This document shows positions 22,750 to 34,700 of a stretch of 38,249 bases of DNA, piece by piece. The stretch's first letter is position 1, and each line of letters begins with the position of its first letter. The notes under the pieces were generated by a model. That model was not told where the DNA came from. It saw nothing but the letters and a program-made list of their open reading frames with translations, and ran no database searches. The position numbers and the translations under genes were made by a program. This stretch comes from Octopus sinensis (taxonomy: Eukaryota), in NCBI RefSeq assembly GCF_006345805.1, contig NW_021835880.1, positions 1-38,249 of the forward strand, written 5' to 3'.

Positions 22750-25700
22750 AATGAAAACCTAACTAACATGATCAGTTGTATTCTGCAGATGACGGCTTCG
22801 AGAAAACTGCGACTCTTGATCAAGATCTGCTACGTGACATGTATTGAACGGTTCAACACAGAGGAGCCGGCAGCGCCGTGTCCGCAAGCCCCGCAGAAAC
22901 ACCTGTCGGGAACAGATCCGGCGTGAGAAACAACACCTGAAGAAGACGTGGAAGAAAGCAGCGACAGAGAGGGAACGTCAAGGCCTGAGAGAGCTAGTGA
23001 ATGACGCGAAGAAACAACATCGTGAAGTGCGTCGTGCAGAAGTCGCTTACCAGAAGCGGCAGGCAAGACAACGAACCCCGAAGGCGTTCTTTAAAAGCAC
23101 CTATCGTTTCTCGAAGAGTCTGTTTGAGGCTGGGAAATCTGAAGAGTTGCAGGCGACGACGGAAGATGTGCAGGAACGTTTACGCAAAACATATACAGAT
23201 GCTCGCAAGGATGAGGAGCTATCAGATTGTGATAACCTAATAGGACCACCCGCATCGAGAGTTCCCTTTGCGATCGGAGAACTGACGATGAAAGAGGTTC
23301 AAGAATTTGTAAAGAAGGCGAGAGCGGAAAGCACACCGGGTCAGAACGGTTTGGCATACAAACTGTTTAAGTACTGCCCGAAAGTGCTTCGGGAGTTGTG
23401 GAAGCTGTTGCGAGAACTTGGCGGAATGGGATAATAACACCAGAATGGGGCATCGCAGAAGGCGTTTATGTCCCCAAGGTGAAGGATTCTAAGACACTGG
23501 ATCAGTTCAGGTTGACATCACTGCTAAATATCGTGATGGCGAAACCACTGACAGACATCGTATTGAGGAACGAGCTAATTGATGTCTCAGTTCAGAAGGT
23601 GTGCGTGCTAGGTCTCCCTGGATGCCTGGAACATGCTCAGATGATCTGGGATACCGTAAGGAAAAATTCAGCAACTTGGACGTGATCTGGCTTGATCTGG
23701 CGAACGCATACGGATCGATCTCACACAAATAAATCTAGTTTGCCCTGAGTTTCATTCATGTCCCAGCGAAAGTCATCAACGCCGTCAAAGCGTATCTTGG
23801 ACAGTTCCAGATGCACTTTACAACAAAGAAGTTTACGATGGAATGGCAAAAGATTGAAGTAGGCATACCAATGGGGCGCACCATTTCGCCACAGGTCTTT
23901 GTCATCGTGATGGAAATTGTTACAAAATCTGTAATTCCACACGTCGAGGGTATGGCCAATGACACAGGTGAAAGAATACAGGTCCGTACCTTCATGGACA
24001 ACCTGACGATCCAACGTATGAAAAGACGGTTGACGGTTTGCAGCGGCTGGATGAGCTGACACAATGGGCACAAATTAGATTCAAACAGAAGAAGAGTCGG
24101 GGCCTGTCCTTGCGAGCAGGGAAGCTGCAACAAATCTACTTCAGGGTTGCTGGAGAGAAGATACCAACTTTTCGCAATGAGCCGGTAAAGAGCCTGGGAA
24201 GATGGTGCTCTGCCGGCATAACAGACATCTACCGCAGGATTGAGATCCAGCGGTAGGCGGAGGATGGGATCGGGGCGATTGACAGGTCGTGTTGCCAGGG
24301 TATTTCAAGTTGTGGTGTTGTCAGTTTGGCCTACTACCAGTAGGCCTATACCAGTTTGGCCTATACTTACAGTGTATGAAGCTGCGTTATGTCGGATAGG
24401 AATTATCGAGCAGAAGCTGAACATGGCATGGAGAAGATGGTTAGGAGTTCCGAGAATGCTGAGGGATGTTGGATGGTCTATCCGTCAGTTGGTGAGCTAG
24501 ATTGGTCGAAGTGGAAAGGAGCGGAGAGAAGCCGTCAAGAGATTGCAAGAAGCTGCAGAAAGAACATCAACAAGGATAGTGACCACCTTGAACAGAGCAG
24601 TCAACGAGACGGTCTGACCGGGAAGGCACCAAACCCAGGTTAGGCTGGGCTCAGCGGAGAGAACGCTTGTGTTTAAGGGCCGAAACTGTGATGACATCCA
24701 CCAAACACCTGACGATCGAGTTGACTTATAAGTTGAAGAATGAGGGCCAGCGCGGATTCCATCTTACCGTGTATGCTTTTCTATGTATGTATGTATGTAT
24801 GTATGTATGTATGTATGTATGTATGTATGTATGTATGTATGTATGTATGTATGTATGCATGTATGTATGCATGTATGTATGTATGTATGTTTGCATGTAT
24901 GTATGTATGTATGTATGTTGGTGTGTATGTATGTATGTATGTATGCATGTATGTATGTATAAGATCCATCGTTGAAGAGTATAAGTGTGCGAAGATACGA
25001 CTGGCCATGATGCTGCGAAACTCATCGGATGACACCATTGCAAGAGACCCACCGCGTCTCAGATCACTCGCAAATGGTGAGCGGGGGTAGCTACAGATGA
25101 CGCTATCGATGGGATGCAGTTCGATGAGATACGCGACGCTGTGTAATCGGGTCGCTTTGGCATCTGCTATGGCACTCCTCACAGGTGGAGGAGCATGGAG
25201 AGCGCTTCTGGGAGGAGAGCTATGGTGGTGGAGCGGGCACGAAATGACGAGGAGCAGCGGAGATGCGCAAAGGCGGCACAGCAGCCGGTGCAGGGAGCCA
25301 GGACCTCATGGGAGGGAGTATGCGAACGTAACTTCTCTTGGAGCTAGATTTTGAGAATGACGGAGTGCGAACTCAGTTTCCTTTTGAAAGCCACGTACGA
25401 TGCGGAGCCGACACTCGTCAATCTGAAGCGTTGGCAGCTGACGGATGACGCGGAATGTCACAAGTGTAGAGCTGTGCCAGGATGCTTGGAGCACTGGTTG
25501 TCGGGCTCCAAGAGGCTGCTGCCGCGCTACACCTACCGTCACAACTAGGTGTTGGAGCAGCTAGCTGGCATTATCCGGAACGCAGTTGACAGGAGCCAAT
25601 CGGCAACCGTGCCCCAACAGTCAAGGATCAACTTCACTCGGGTCAGTGCCTCGGTGACGATGAGAAAAGCTACCGAAGAAAAGCGCACATCTTGGCTGAG

Positions 25701-26278
25701 CATGGCAAGCGATTGGGTGCTGGTGATGGACGGCGACGTTTCGGGCGGTGAAACAGTCTCTGGGACAGTAAGGCAAACCACACTGTAACCAGACATTGTT
25801 CTTTTCACACAAGCTGGGAAGATGGTGGTGTTGGTAGAGCTGAGACCCACGTCGGGGAGGCACAGGAAATTAAGCGAGCTAAATACGCTGAGTTAGTTGA
25901 CGAGATCGGGGCACGTGACTTTAAATGTCGGTTATATGCGGTGGAGGTGGGGTGCAGAGGGTATGTTGGATGGTCTATGCGTCGGTTGGGGGGTGAGGTT
26001 GGTCGAAGTGGAAAGGAGCGGAGAGAAGCCGTCAAGAGATTGCAAGAATCTGCAGAAAGAGCATCAGCGAGGATAGTGACCACATTGAACACAGCAGTCA
26101 ACGGGACGGTCTGACCGGAAGGCACCAATCCCCGGTCAAACTGGGCCCAGCGGACAGAACGATTGTGTTTAAGGGCCGAAACTGTGATGACGTCCGCCAA
26201 ACATCTGACGATCGAGTTGACTGTTAAGTTGAAGAATGAGGGCCAGCGCAGATTCCATCTTACCGTGCATGCTTTTCT
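22750..26278 (+). mobile_element. Decayed HERO-like RLE non-LTR retrotransposon with an (ATGT)n tail
   Basis: Fragments: PGQNGLAYKLFKYCP, VIWLDLANAYGSI, GIPMGRTISP, FMDNLT (catalytic D lost), KSLGRW, RRWLGVP, LSFLLKATYD, CHKC..EH.LSGS, PDIVL...VVLVEL and VEVGCRGY. Many stops and frameshifts. Confidence 0.85.
24465..24960 (+). mobile_element. Nested 5'-truncated copy of the same HERO-like element's 3' end, with its own (ATGT)n tail
   Basis: 24473-24781 is highly similar to 25969-26278. The host ORF stops at RRWLGVPRMLRDVG and resumes after the tail at RSIVEEYKCAKIRL. Confidence 0.88.
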
Positions 26279-26530
26279 ATGTATGTATGTATGCATGTAT
26301 GCACGTATGTATGTATGTATGTATGTATGTATGTATGTATGTATGTATGTATGTGTGCATGTATGTATGTATGTATGTATGTATGTATGCATGTGTGTAT
26401 GTATGTATGTATGTATGTATGTATGTGTGCATGTATGTATGTATGTATGTATGTATGTATGTATGCATGTATGTATGTATGTATGTATGCATGTGTGTAT
26501 GTATGTGTATGTATGTATGTATGTATGTAT

Positions 26531-26875
26531 ATGAGCAAATTTGTATGTTTTATGTATGTATTCTCATGCATATAGTTGCATATGTGGACAAGCTCATATA
26601 TACTTAAATGATAAACTTCTGGAAAGTTTTACAGATTATTATAGTTCCAGTGAATGATTGGATCTGTAGTCTTCGAATAAACTTTCTCCTTTCTGGTTTT
26701 GAGAAGTCTAATTTCTCAAGAATGGTATTTAGGCAGTGTGTTACATATCCCAAGGTCCCCAATAATTACAGGTATACACTTGAACTTGTAATCTGGATAG
26801 AGTAACTGCAGATTTCTCAACTTCAAAGCAACATCAATACCGGGAATGAAGTTACATTCACGCATCCATAGCAAA
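26531..26875 (-). mobile_element. 3' end of a second R4-like RLE LINE with a (CATA)n tail
   Basis: The minus strand gives LRNLQLLYPDYKFKCIPVIIG then, after a frameshift, LGYVTHCLNTILEKLDFSKPERRKFIRRLQIQSFTGTIIICKTFQKFII* (stop 26604). Compare IPVIVGALG..LQEVQKIVLTGT in the 7.6-kb element. Confidence 0.7.
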
Positions 26876-26904
26876 TAGATGCAGCTGCTTAGTGTTTGTT
26901 TGTT

Positions 26905-28298
26905 TGTTTCTTTCTTTCTTTCTGTCTTCCTTCCTTTCTTTCTTCCTTTCTTTCTTCCTTTCTTCCTTTCTTTCTTTCATTCTTTCTTTCTTTCATTCTT
27001 TCTGTCATTCTTTCATTCTTTTCCATTCCTTCTTTCTTTCTTTCTTCCTTTCTTTCTTTCTTTCTTCCTTTCTTTCTCTCTTTCTTTCTTTCATTCTTTC
27101 TTTCTTTCTTTTAATCGTTCTTTCATTCTTTCTTTCTTTCATTCTTTCATTCTTACATTCTTTCTTTCTTTCATCCTTTCTTTCTTTCATTCTTCCTTTC
27201 TTACTCTCTTTCCTTCTTCCGTTCTTTCTTTCTTGTTTTCTTTCATTCTTTATTTCTTTCCTTCATTTTTTCTTTCTTTCTTCCGTTCTTTCTTTCATTC
27301 TTTCTTTCATTCTTTCCTTCTTTCTTTCTTCCTTTCTTCCATTCTTTCCTTCTTCCTTTCTTTCTTTCATTCCTTCTTTCATTCTTTTTTCATTCTTCCT
27401 TTCTGCCTTTTTTCTTTCTTTCTTTCATTCATTCTTCTCTTTCTTTCTTTCTTTCATTCTTTCTTTCTTTCATTCTTTCTGTCATTCTTTCATTCTTTTC
27501 CATTCCTTCTTCCTTTCTTTCTTCCTTTCTTTCTTTCTTTCTTCCTTTCTTTCTCTCTTTCTTTCTTTCATTCTTTCTTTCTTTCTTTTAATCGTTCTTT
27601 CATTCTTTCTTCCTTTCATTCTTTCATTCTTACATTCTTTCTTTCTTTCATCCTTTCTTTCTTTCATTCTTCATTTCTTTCTTTCTTGTTTTCTTTCATT
27701 CTTTATTTCTTTCCTTCATTTTTTCTTTCTTTCTTCGTTTTTCTTTCATTCTTTCTTTCATTCTTTCCTTCTTTCTTTCTTCCTTTCTTCCATTCTTTCT
27801 TTCTTCCTTTCTTCCATTCTTTCTTTCTTCCTTTCTTTCATTCCTTCTTTCATTCTTTTTTCATTCTTCCTTTCTTCCTTTTTTCTTCTTTCTTCATTCA
27901 TTCTTCTCTTTCTTTCTTTCTTTCTTCTTTCTTTCTTTCTTTTTCCTTTCTTTCTCTCTTTCTTTCTTTCATTCTTTCTTTCTTTCTTTTAATCGTTCTT
28001 CATTCTTTCTTCCTTTCTTTCATTCTTACATTCTTTCTTCTTTCCTCTTTCTTTCTTTCATTCTTCATTTCTTTCTTTCTTGTTTTCTTTCATCTTTATT
28101 TCTTTCTTCATTTTTTCTTTCTTTCTTCGTTTTTCTTTCATTCTTTCTTTCATTCTTTCCTTCTTTCTTTCTTCCTTTCTTCCATTCTTCTTTCTCCTTT
28201 CTTCCATTCTTTCTTTCTTCCTTTCTTTCATTCCTTCTTTCATTCTTTTTTCATTCTTCCTTTCTTCCTTTTTTCTTTCTTTCTTTCATTCATTCTTC

Positions 28299-28334
<36 letters not shown>

Positions 28335-28530
28335 TCATTCCTTCTTTCTTTCTTTCTTTCTTTCATTCCTTCTTTCATTCTTTCTTCCTTCTGTTCTTTC
28401 TTTCATTCTTTCTGTTATTCTTTCTTTCTTCCTTTCTTTCTCTCTTTCTTCTTTTCTTTCTTTCTTCCTTTCTTTACTTCTTTCTTTCTTTTCTGTCTTT
28501 CTTTATTCTGTTCTTTCTTCCTTTCTTTCT
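26905..28530. repeat. 1.6-kb polypyrimidine (TTTC/TTC/TTCA) tract with a higher-order 477-bp duplication
   Basis: The marker motifs tctgtcattc and ttaatcgttc recur at +477, and ttaatcgttc again 401 bp later. Confidence 0.9.
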
Positions 28531-28564
28531 GTGTGTGTGTGTAAGTGTGTGTGTGTGTGTCCAA

Positions 28565-28745
28565 TATTCACAAAATGCCAAATATTCCTTTGTTATAAGT
28601 AGAAAAGGCTGAAATTTTGAGGGAGATCTGACTCTAGTACTTGACTGATACCTATTTCCTGAAACCCGAAAAGGTGTGAAAAGCAAACCGGACCCCAGCA
28701 GCATTTGAACTCAGAACATAAAAACGGACGAAATGTCACTATGCA
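28565..28745 (-). mobile_element. SINE family 1-related fragment
   Basis: The reverse complement contains catttcgtccgtttttatgttctgagttcaaat...aagtactag. Confidence 0.65.
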
Positions 28746-28929
28746 ATATCTGTTTGCTTTTTTTAATCGATCACAATTTGCAATGTGAAGGGAAACAACT
28801 CTTTATCCAAGGGAAATAAATGCTGTTTAAATAACTATAATTACCTCCCTTACCAATGTAGTACTGTTTATAAAAAGAAAACACTCTAAACGTTTAATGT
28901 AATGCCAAAAGGCTATTTTCGGGAATTAA

Positions 28930-29190
28930 TGGAGCGGCGTGACATAGGTGAAAGAATACAGGTCCGTACCTTCATGGACAACCTGACGATCCAACGTCAT
29001 TAGCAGCCCTTTGGCAAAATGTTTAATGTCATTCCATCCATTTTCACGTTCAAATTCCACCGGGGTCAACTTTGCCTTTTATCTTTTCGTAGTCGATGAA
29101 TTAAGTACCATTTGAACAATAGGGTCGATGTAATCGATTTAAGTCCCATCCTAGAAAGTGCTGGCCGTGTGTTAAAAATGTGGAACCAAT
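28930..29190 (+). mobile_element. SINE family 1-related copy carrying an insert copied from the HERO-like RT
   Basis: The SINE head gagcggcg...cattagca is split by 28946-28997, which is identical to 23966-24017. Confidence 0.7.
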
Positions 29191-29225
29191 ATTTTCAGAA
29201 TAGAAATATAGAAATAAATAAAAAT

Positions 29226-29272
<47 letters not shown>

Positions 29273-29454
29273 CATACATACATACATACATACATACATA
29301 CATACATACATACATACATACATACATACATACATACATACATACATACATAGTGTTAATCTTCAGGCATACTAAAAACAATTTTACATTAATCTGATGG
29401 ATTACTCTATACATTTGTATAATATTAATAAATATTAATAATATTAAATCAAAT

Positions 29455-29835
29455 GAGATGGTCCGGCCATATTGTTCGAATGGCGGATAAATACACACGC
29501 AGACGGCTGTTTTATGGCGAGCTTGCAGAGGGGAAGCGCAATCGGTGAAAACCTTAAAGGTTTAAGGACGGTATAAGGACTAGTATGAAGTCACTGGAAT
29601 GGATCCAAAGGCCATAGAAAACCTAGCTTCGGATCAAGCTAGATAGCGAAAAATTTGGGGGGTAGGGAGCTTTTCAGGGGGGCCAGGATGAAACATACAA
29701 AGCTCAAGAGAGATTTAAGGACGAATGTTACGATCGAGGTGAATCTCAATGGCCTTTCTGTGTGCACAACTTGTGACAGATCAGGCCTTTCTTTTGGTGG
29801 GCTCAAATCTCATTTGTGGACCCTTGAAAAATGAA
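29455..29835 (+). mobile_element. RTE-clade LINE 3' fragment
   Basis: WSGHIVRMAD...GKR..KP.RFKD, followed by the VCTTCDR..S..GLKSHL zinc-finger-like end; degenerate. Confidence 0.7.
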
Positions 29836-30133
29836 CCTCTACCAACAACTCTGCCTATATATTTGTGCACAGCTTTCAATGCCGTGTATGCATGCCACTT
29901 GATCTGCAAATCTAATGGAGGGGGGGGTCAAAAGACATTTTAAGATCCACAAAGATCAGAGCTTAGCTGCTGCTCTTGGAGGTCCAAATCAGATACGCAA
30001 TTTATGTGGGTGTCTTTTCAATACATTGTCTGGTAAAAAAATAAAAAAGCCACATCAGGCGCCACAATGGATCTAAAGTGTAAGTACTAGAGGTGGTCAA
30101 ACTCTGAATAATGAGTAGGCAACCACTATATAA

Positions 30134-30164
<31 letters not shown>

Positions 30165-30207
30165 TGTATGTATGTATGTATGTATGTATGTATGTATGTA
30201 TGCATGT

Positions 30208-30265
<58 letters not shown>

Positions 30266-30274
30266 TGATTGATT

Positions 30275-30339
<65 letters not shown>

Positions 30340-30603
30340 GAAGAGAGAAGAAGAGAAAGATAGACTCAGAAAGAGAAACAGAGAGAGAGAAGAGAGGAAG
30401 AGAGAGAAGAGAGAGAAGAGAGAGAAGAGAAAACTACCACCACTCTTATTCTCTATTTGTGATCTGATCCCCGCTCACTGCGTTACACAAAATATATAAA
30501 TACATAATGTCAACTAGTCGAAGTGATAACGAAGGCAAGGCGTATTGAATTTTCCATCTTTATTATTCATACTTTAATGCCAATCATTCGATCTTATTGA
30601 TAC

Positions 30604-30722
30604 TTAATCAATTTTTCAGAAACTATTTCCGGTATTTTAGGCAGAAGAGTTATCACCCGTGGACCATACTTATCCGTTTCAAACATGAATATATAGCCTT
30701 GCGTTTCTTCAGCATTTCGTCT
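30604..30722 (-). CDS. Candidate internal host-gene exon
   Basis: Acceptor tttggtttttgtttcag|a, phase 0, gives RRNAEETQGYIFMFETDKYGPRVITLLPKIPEIVSEKLI. Donors AA|GTATCA (30604) or AA|GTATGG (30670) are both phase 2. Confidence 0.5.
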
Positions 30723-30747
30723 CTGAAACAAAAACCAAAGTTAAAAG

Positions 30748-30812
<65 letters not shown>

Positions 30813-30989
30813 TTTTGTTGTGGCTGTTTTCATTCGTTAATCCATGGTACAATGTAACGGTGAAAAGGCATGGACAAATGGTTAAGTGATCCACCTGCGA
30901 TCGCAAGATCACGGTTTCTATACCCAGACAGGACAGAGAATTTGCGTATTTAGGCAAAACACTTTATTTCAAACTGCTCCATATATATA

Positions 30990-31222
30990 TAAAGAGGAAA
31001 AAAGAGGAGAAGGATCCCATCAACTTTAAACAGAGTCTGGATAGATTCCTTCAAAGAATACCAGATAACCCACCCATAATTGGATACAACTCACCCAACA
31101 AGAACTCACTACTTGAACAAAACTTGACTTAAACAGGATTCGAATAATCCTATCAGGTGGTGCTATTAAGTTAGACATGGCCTGGACCAATCTTTGGTCG
31201 AAACATATCTAAGTTTATCTAA

Positions 31223-31225
<3 letters not shown>
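30990..31225 (+). mobile_element. CR1/L2-group-like LINE 3' end
   Basis: NFKQSLDRFLQRIPDNPPIIGYNSPNKNSLLEQ, then the tail catggcctggaccaatctttggtcgaaac and TATCTAAG repeats. Confidence 0.7.
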
Positions 31226-31265
<40 letters not shown>

Positions 31266-31288
31266 CGATATATATAGATACATACACA

Positions 31289-31323
<35 letters not shown>

Positions 31324-31494
31324 ATATACAATATTTATATATTATATACATATATATACCCATATATGTACATATATATACATAGGTATATACATATATA
31401 TACATATAAAACATAAATATATAGATATATACATATACATATATATATATATATATATACATATTATATATATATATATATTATATTATATATA

Positions 31495-31543
<49 letters not shown>

Positions 31544-31657
31544 TATATTATATATATATATGTATGTATAAGGGTTGAAAAGGAACACACGAGTTGATAT
31601 ATATGAAAAAACAAGTCAAAAATAGAAAATGCTAAAATAATTTTATAGTGAACATTT

Positions 31658-31695
31658 CAGTACCGGTTTCGGTCATTTTGAGACCTTTTCAACTG
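31658..31695 (-). ncRNA. Minimal type I hammerhead with U3:A8 covariant core
   Basis: CAG UUGAAAA GGUC-UCAAAAU-GACC GAAA CCGG UA CUG; palindromic ACCGGU stem III; GUA triplet. Confidence 0.6.
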
Positions 31696-31999
31696 TAACG
31701 ATTAAATAATTAAATTTAGAAAAATTAGAAGAAAAGTTTTTTTTAAAGGAATATTTATATGTAGTTAGTTTCAGATATAAGTGGCATTCTGCCTTCTCTG
31801 ACTCCCTTGTTTGCACTTGTTATATATATATATATATTATATATATATAATATCAATATATTATATAGATATATATATTATTCTATATACAGATTTGTAT
31901 ATATATATAATACATATATATATACACATATATACATATATATATAATATTTACATGTGTGTACACACACACACACACACACACACCACACATAAATAT

Positions 32000-32335
32000 A
32001 TAAGGAGGAGGAATTGAAAGTGAATCGAAGCATGAATTGCAAAGCAAAAATTCCTCATCTATTGAATCACATGCCCACAATGTGATGAGAATTACATTGG
32101 AGAAACAGGAACGAAAGTAACCAGGCGTGTGAACGTGCACGAACAGCAAATAAAAGATTCATCTCTTAGAAACGGTCCATATAGTGAACATCAAGACATT
32201 CGTAAAAATGGAAAATTTAGAATATCTCCGTTTTACAAAATAAAATATGAAAATTATCAACTACGAAGGGAAAAGAAGAATACACTATAAGACTTCTAGA
32301 CCCGAAGCTAAACCAGAATTAGTAAGCAAAATTGC
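32000..32335 (+). mobile_element. Penelope-like GIY-YIG endonuclease remnant
   Basis: ITCPQCDENYIGETGTKVTRRVNVHEQQI...SEH...F.I.PFYK...R..KE...LDPKLN; frameshifted. Confidence 0.8.
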
Positions 32336-32413
32336 TAAAAAACAACTTTCTCTATAAGCATTAGACACGAACATATGTATCTGAAAAGTTGAAAAAGGAA
32401 AGTGCTTACTCAC

Positions 32414-32464
32414 AAAATACATATCACACGAAAATTTCACCAAATATTTGTGACGTTCTGCTAT
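32414..32464 (-). CDS. Candidate internal host-gene exon, 51 nt
   Basis: cttattcag|ATA...TTT|GTGAGT, phase 0 to 0, gives IAERHKYLVKFSCDMYF and fits between the neighbouring exons. Confidence 0.5.
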
Positions 32465-32672
32465 CTGAATAAGTTTTTTTTTAAATAGTAAATAAGTTTA
32501 AGAAAGGAAATCTGTCTTTAAACACATACACACACACACATTTTAGGATTCACGCACATACATTGGAGGATTCAAAGTTATACAAAAAATATACAAAAAA
32601 GAAAAACAGAGACGGGAGAAAGAGAAACGAACAGACTGTATTAGTTGCACGCTCAAGAAAAATGGAAATCGT

Positions 32673-32708
32673 CTTTGAAGTTTCGAACCTACGCTCTTCA
32701 TACAAAAA
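32673..32708 (-). ncRNA. Degenerate hammerhead relic of the same family as 15810-15845
   Basis: A GAGC GUAG GUUC GAAAC UUC AAAG retained; the core has decayed to UGUAUGA. Confidence 0.35.
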
Positions 32709-32769
32709 CAAACGAAGAAAGGGGCGAAAAAAATGAGGATATATATATACATAATACTACATACATACA

Positions 32770-32800
<31 letters not shown>

Positions 32801-32998
32801 GGTATACATATGTTATGCACGTGTATATATGGCATGTATATGTATACATATGCATATGTAATATATATATAATATATATATAATATATATATATATATTA
32901 TATATAATATGCATGAATATATATGTATATATACATATATATGTGTGTATGTATACACAAAACATATACATACATACATACATACATACATACATACA

Positions 32999-33032
<34 letters not shown>

Positions 33033-33206
33033 CACATACACATATGGAACGTTCAAATATGTGCATATGTACGTATATATATATTGTCTCCGTCCTAATG
33101 ATGACATGATCACGTGGTAGCATGACGTTAGGGTGACGTAACATTATGACACACTGTCCTTTTCATTTCTAATGATGCTTGCGATTGCTTAGAATTGTCT
33201 ACCTAC

Positions 33207-33331
33207 GTTCATTGCTTTTCTTCTTCTGTCACTTAGAGTGTAGCTATCTGTTAAGAAGGGTTTTTCATTGCGAACTTCATCGATAAAATTCTTTAAGAAC
33301 TCTTCATCCGGTAAATCAAATATTGAGCTGT
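33207..33331 (-). CDS. Candidate internal host-gene exon, 125 nt
   Basis: Pyrimidine tract ...ccaatag|, phase 1 to 0, gives (D)SSIFDLPDEEFLKNFIDEVRNEKPFLTDSYTLSDRRRKAMN; donor |GTAGGT. Confidence 0.5.
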
Positions 33332-33763
33332 CTATTGGCAGAAATTTTGATATGAATAAGAATGGAAATCAGAAAGAAAAATTAGATTCTGAGAGACATA
33401 TAGAAAAATAACTGAGCGAACAAACACATACGCATATATAAACACAAACATGGATACGCAGACATACACACATACGCAAATAAACACGCACTCACACACA
33501 TTATATATATGTATGTATATATGTAAGAGTATATGTATATATGTATATATACGCATATATACATCCATATATACACATACATTATATATATATATATACA
33601 TATATATGTGTGTATATAGTTGATAAATTGATAGATTGTTTTATATATGCAAACGTGTGTGTTGATATTTATCTATATATGTGCGCGCGTGTGTGTAGAT
33701 AGATAGATAGATAGATAGACATAAAACCAAACATACATTATATATATATATATATATATAAAT

Positions 33764-33798
<35 letters not shown>

Positions 33799-34145
33799 CG
33801 AGGAGATAGCGAGAGAGAGAGAGTGAGGGAGAGAGAGAGCGAGAGAGAGAGAGGTGGGATAGATAGGTAGATATAAATACTGAACTTTTCTGAATAGCAT
33901 ATATTTCTTTGCTTCTAGCATTTTGCTTTCTACTGGATAAAGGTACTTTATATTGTGGGAGAACTGTGACCTAGGAAGTACTGATATCTATAATACTTGC
34001 AAATTGGGACAAGTTTATCGGGAGTTTGTTCCGTACGTATACTGCTGATTGACATGGAGATAGTAAAATAAATACTTAAATATCTGTGTCAAGCAAGAGT
34101 ACGTTGATTAATCAATCAATATTTTATTAAAACTGAAAATTGAAA

Positions 34146-34700
34146 ACACGCCGGGCGAAATGCTCAGCGGTATTTCGTCTGCTGCTACGTTCTGAGTTCA
34201 AATTCCGCCGAGGTCGACTTTGCCTTTCATCCTTTCGGGGTCGATTAAATAAGTACCAGTTACGCACTGGGGTCGATATAATCGACTTAATCCGTTTGTC
34301 TGTCCTTGTTTGTCCTCTCCGTGTTTAACCCCCGTGCGCAGTAAAGAAATAGGTATTTCGTCTGCCGCTACGTTCTGAGTTCAAATTCGCTGAGGTCGAC
34401 TTTGCCTTTCATCCTTTCGGGGTCGATTAAATAAGTACAAGTTACGCACTGGGGTCGATATAATCGACTTAATCCGTTTGTCCTTGTTTGTCCTCTCTGT
34501 GTTTAGCCCCTTGTGGGTAGTAAAGAAATAGGAATATCTTCTGTCTTTACGTTCTGGGTTTTCAAATTCCGCCGAAGTTGACTTTGCCTTTCATCTTTTC
34601 GGGCTCGATAAATTAAATACCAGTTGCGTGCTGGGGTCGATCTAATCGACTGGCCCCACCTGCCACAAAATTTCAGGCCTTGTGCCTAGAGTAGAAAAGA
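34146..34700 (+). mobile_element. SINE family 1 tandem trimer
   Basis: Body units start at 34169, 34352 and 34531; the third has a different 3' tail. Confidence 0.88.

Noticed and set aside
24680-24725. GAAAC...CTGACGA in the HERO-like 3' UTR (also about 26177-26215) as a type II hammerhead
   Set aside because: Stems I and II do not pair.
26879-28612. 577-aa and 366-aa F/L/S-rich ORFs
   Set aside because: Translations of a TTTC-type tract that lacks stop codons by composition.
28853-28862. Possible 10-nt minus-strand microexon near CCCTTACC
   Set aside because: Lies among SINE-like sequence and is too short to support; coordinates approximate.
33985-34060. Possible signal-peptide exon YLSIYFTISMSISSI on the minus strand
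   Set aside because: The donor (GTACGG) is weak, and joining to the 35024 exon creates a TGA; not supportable without RNA data.
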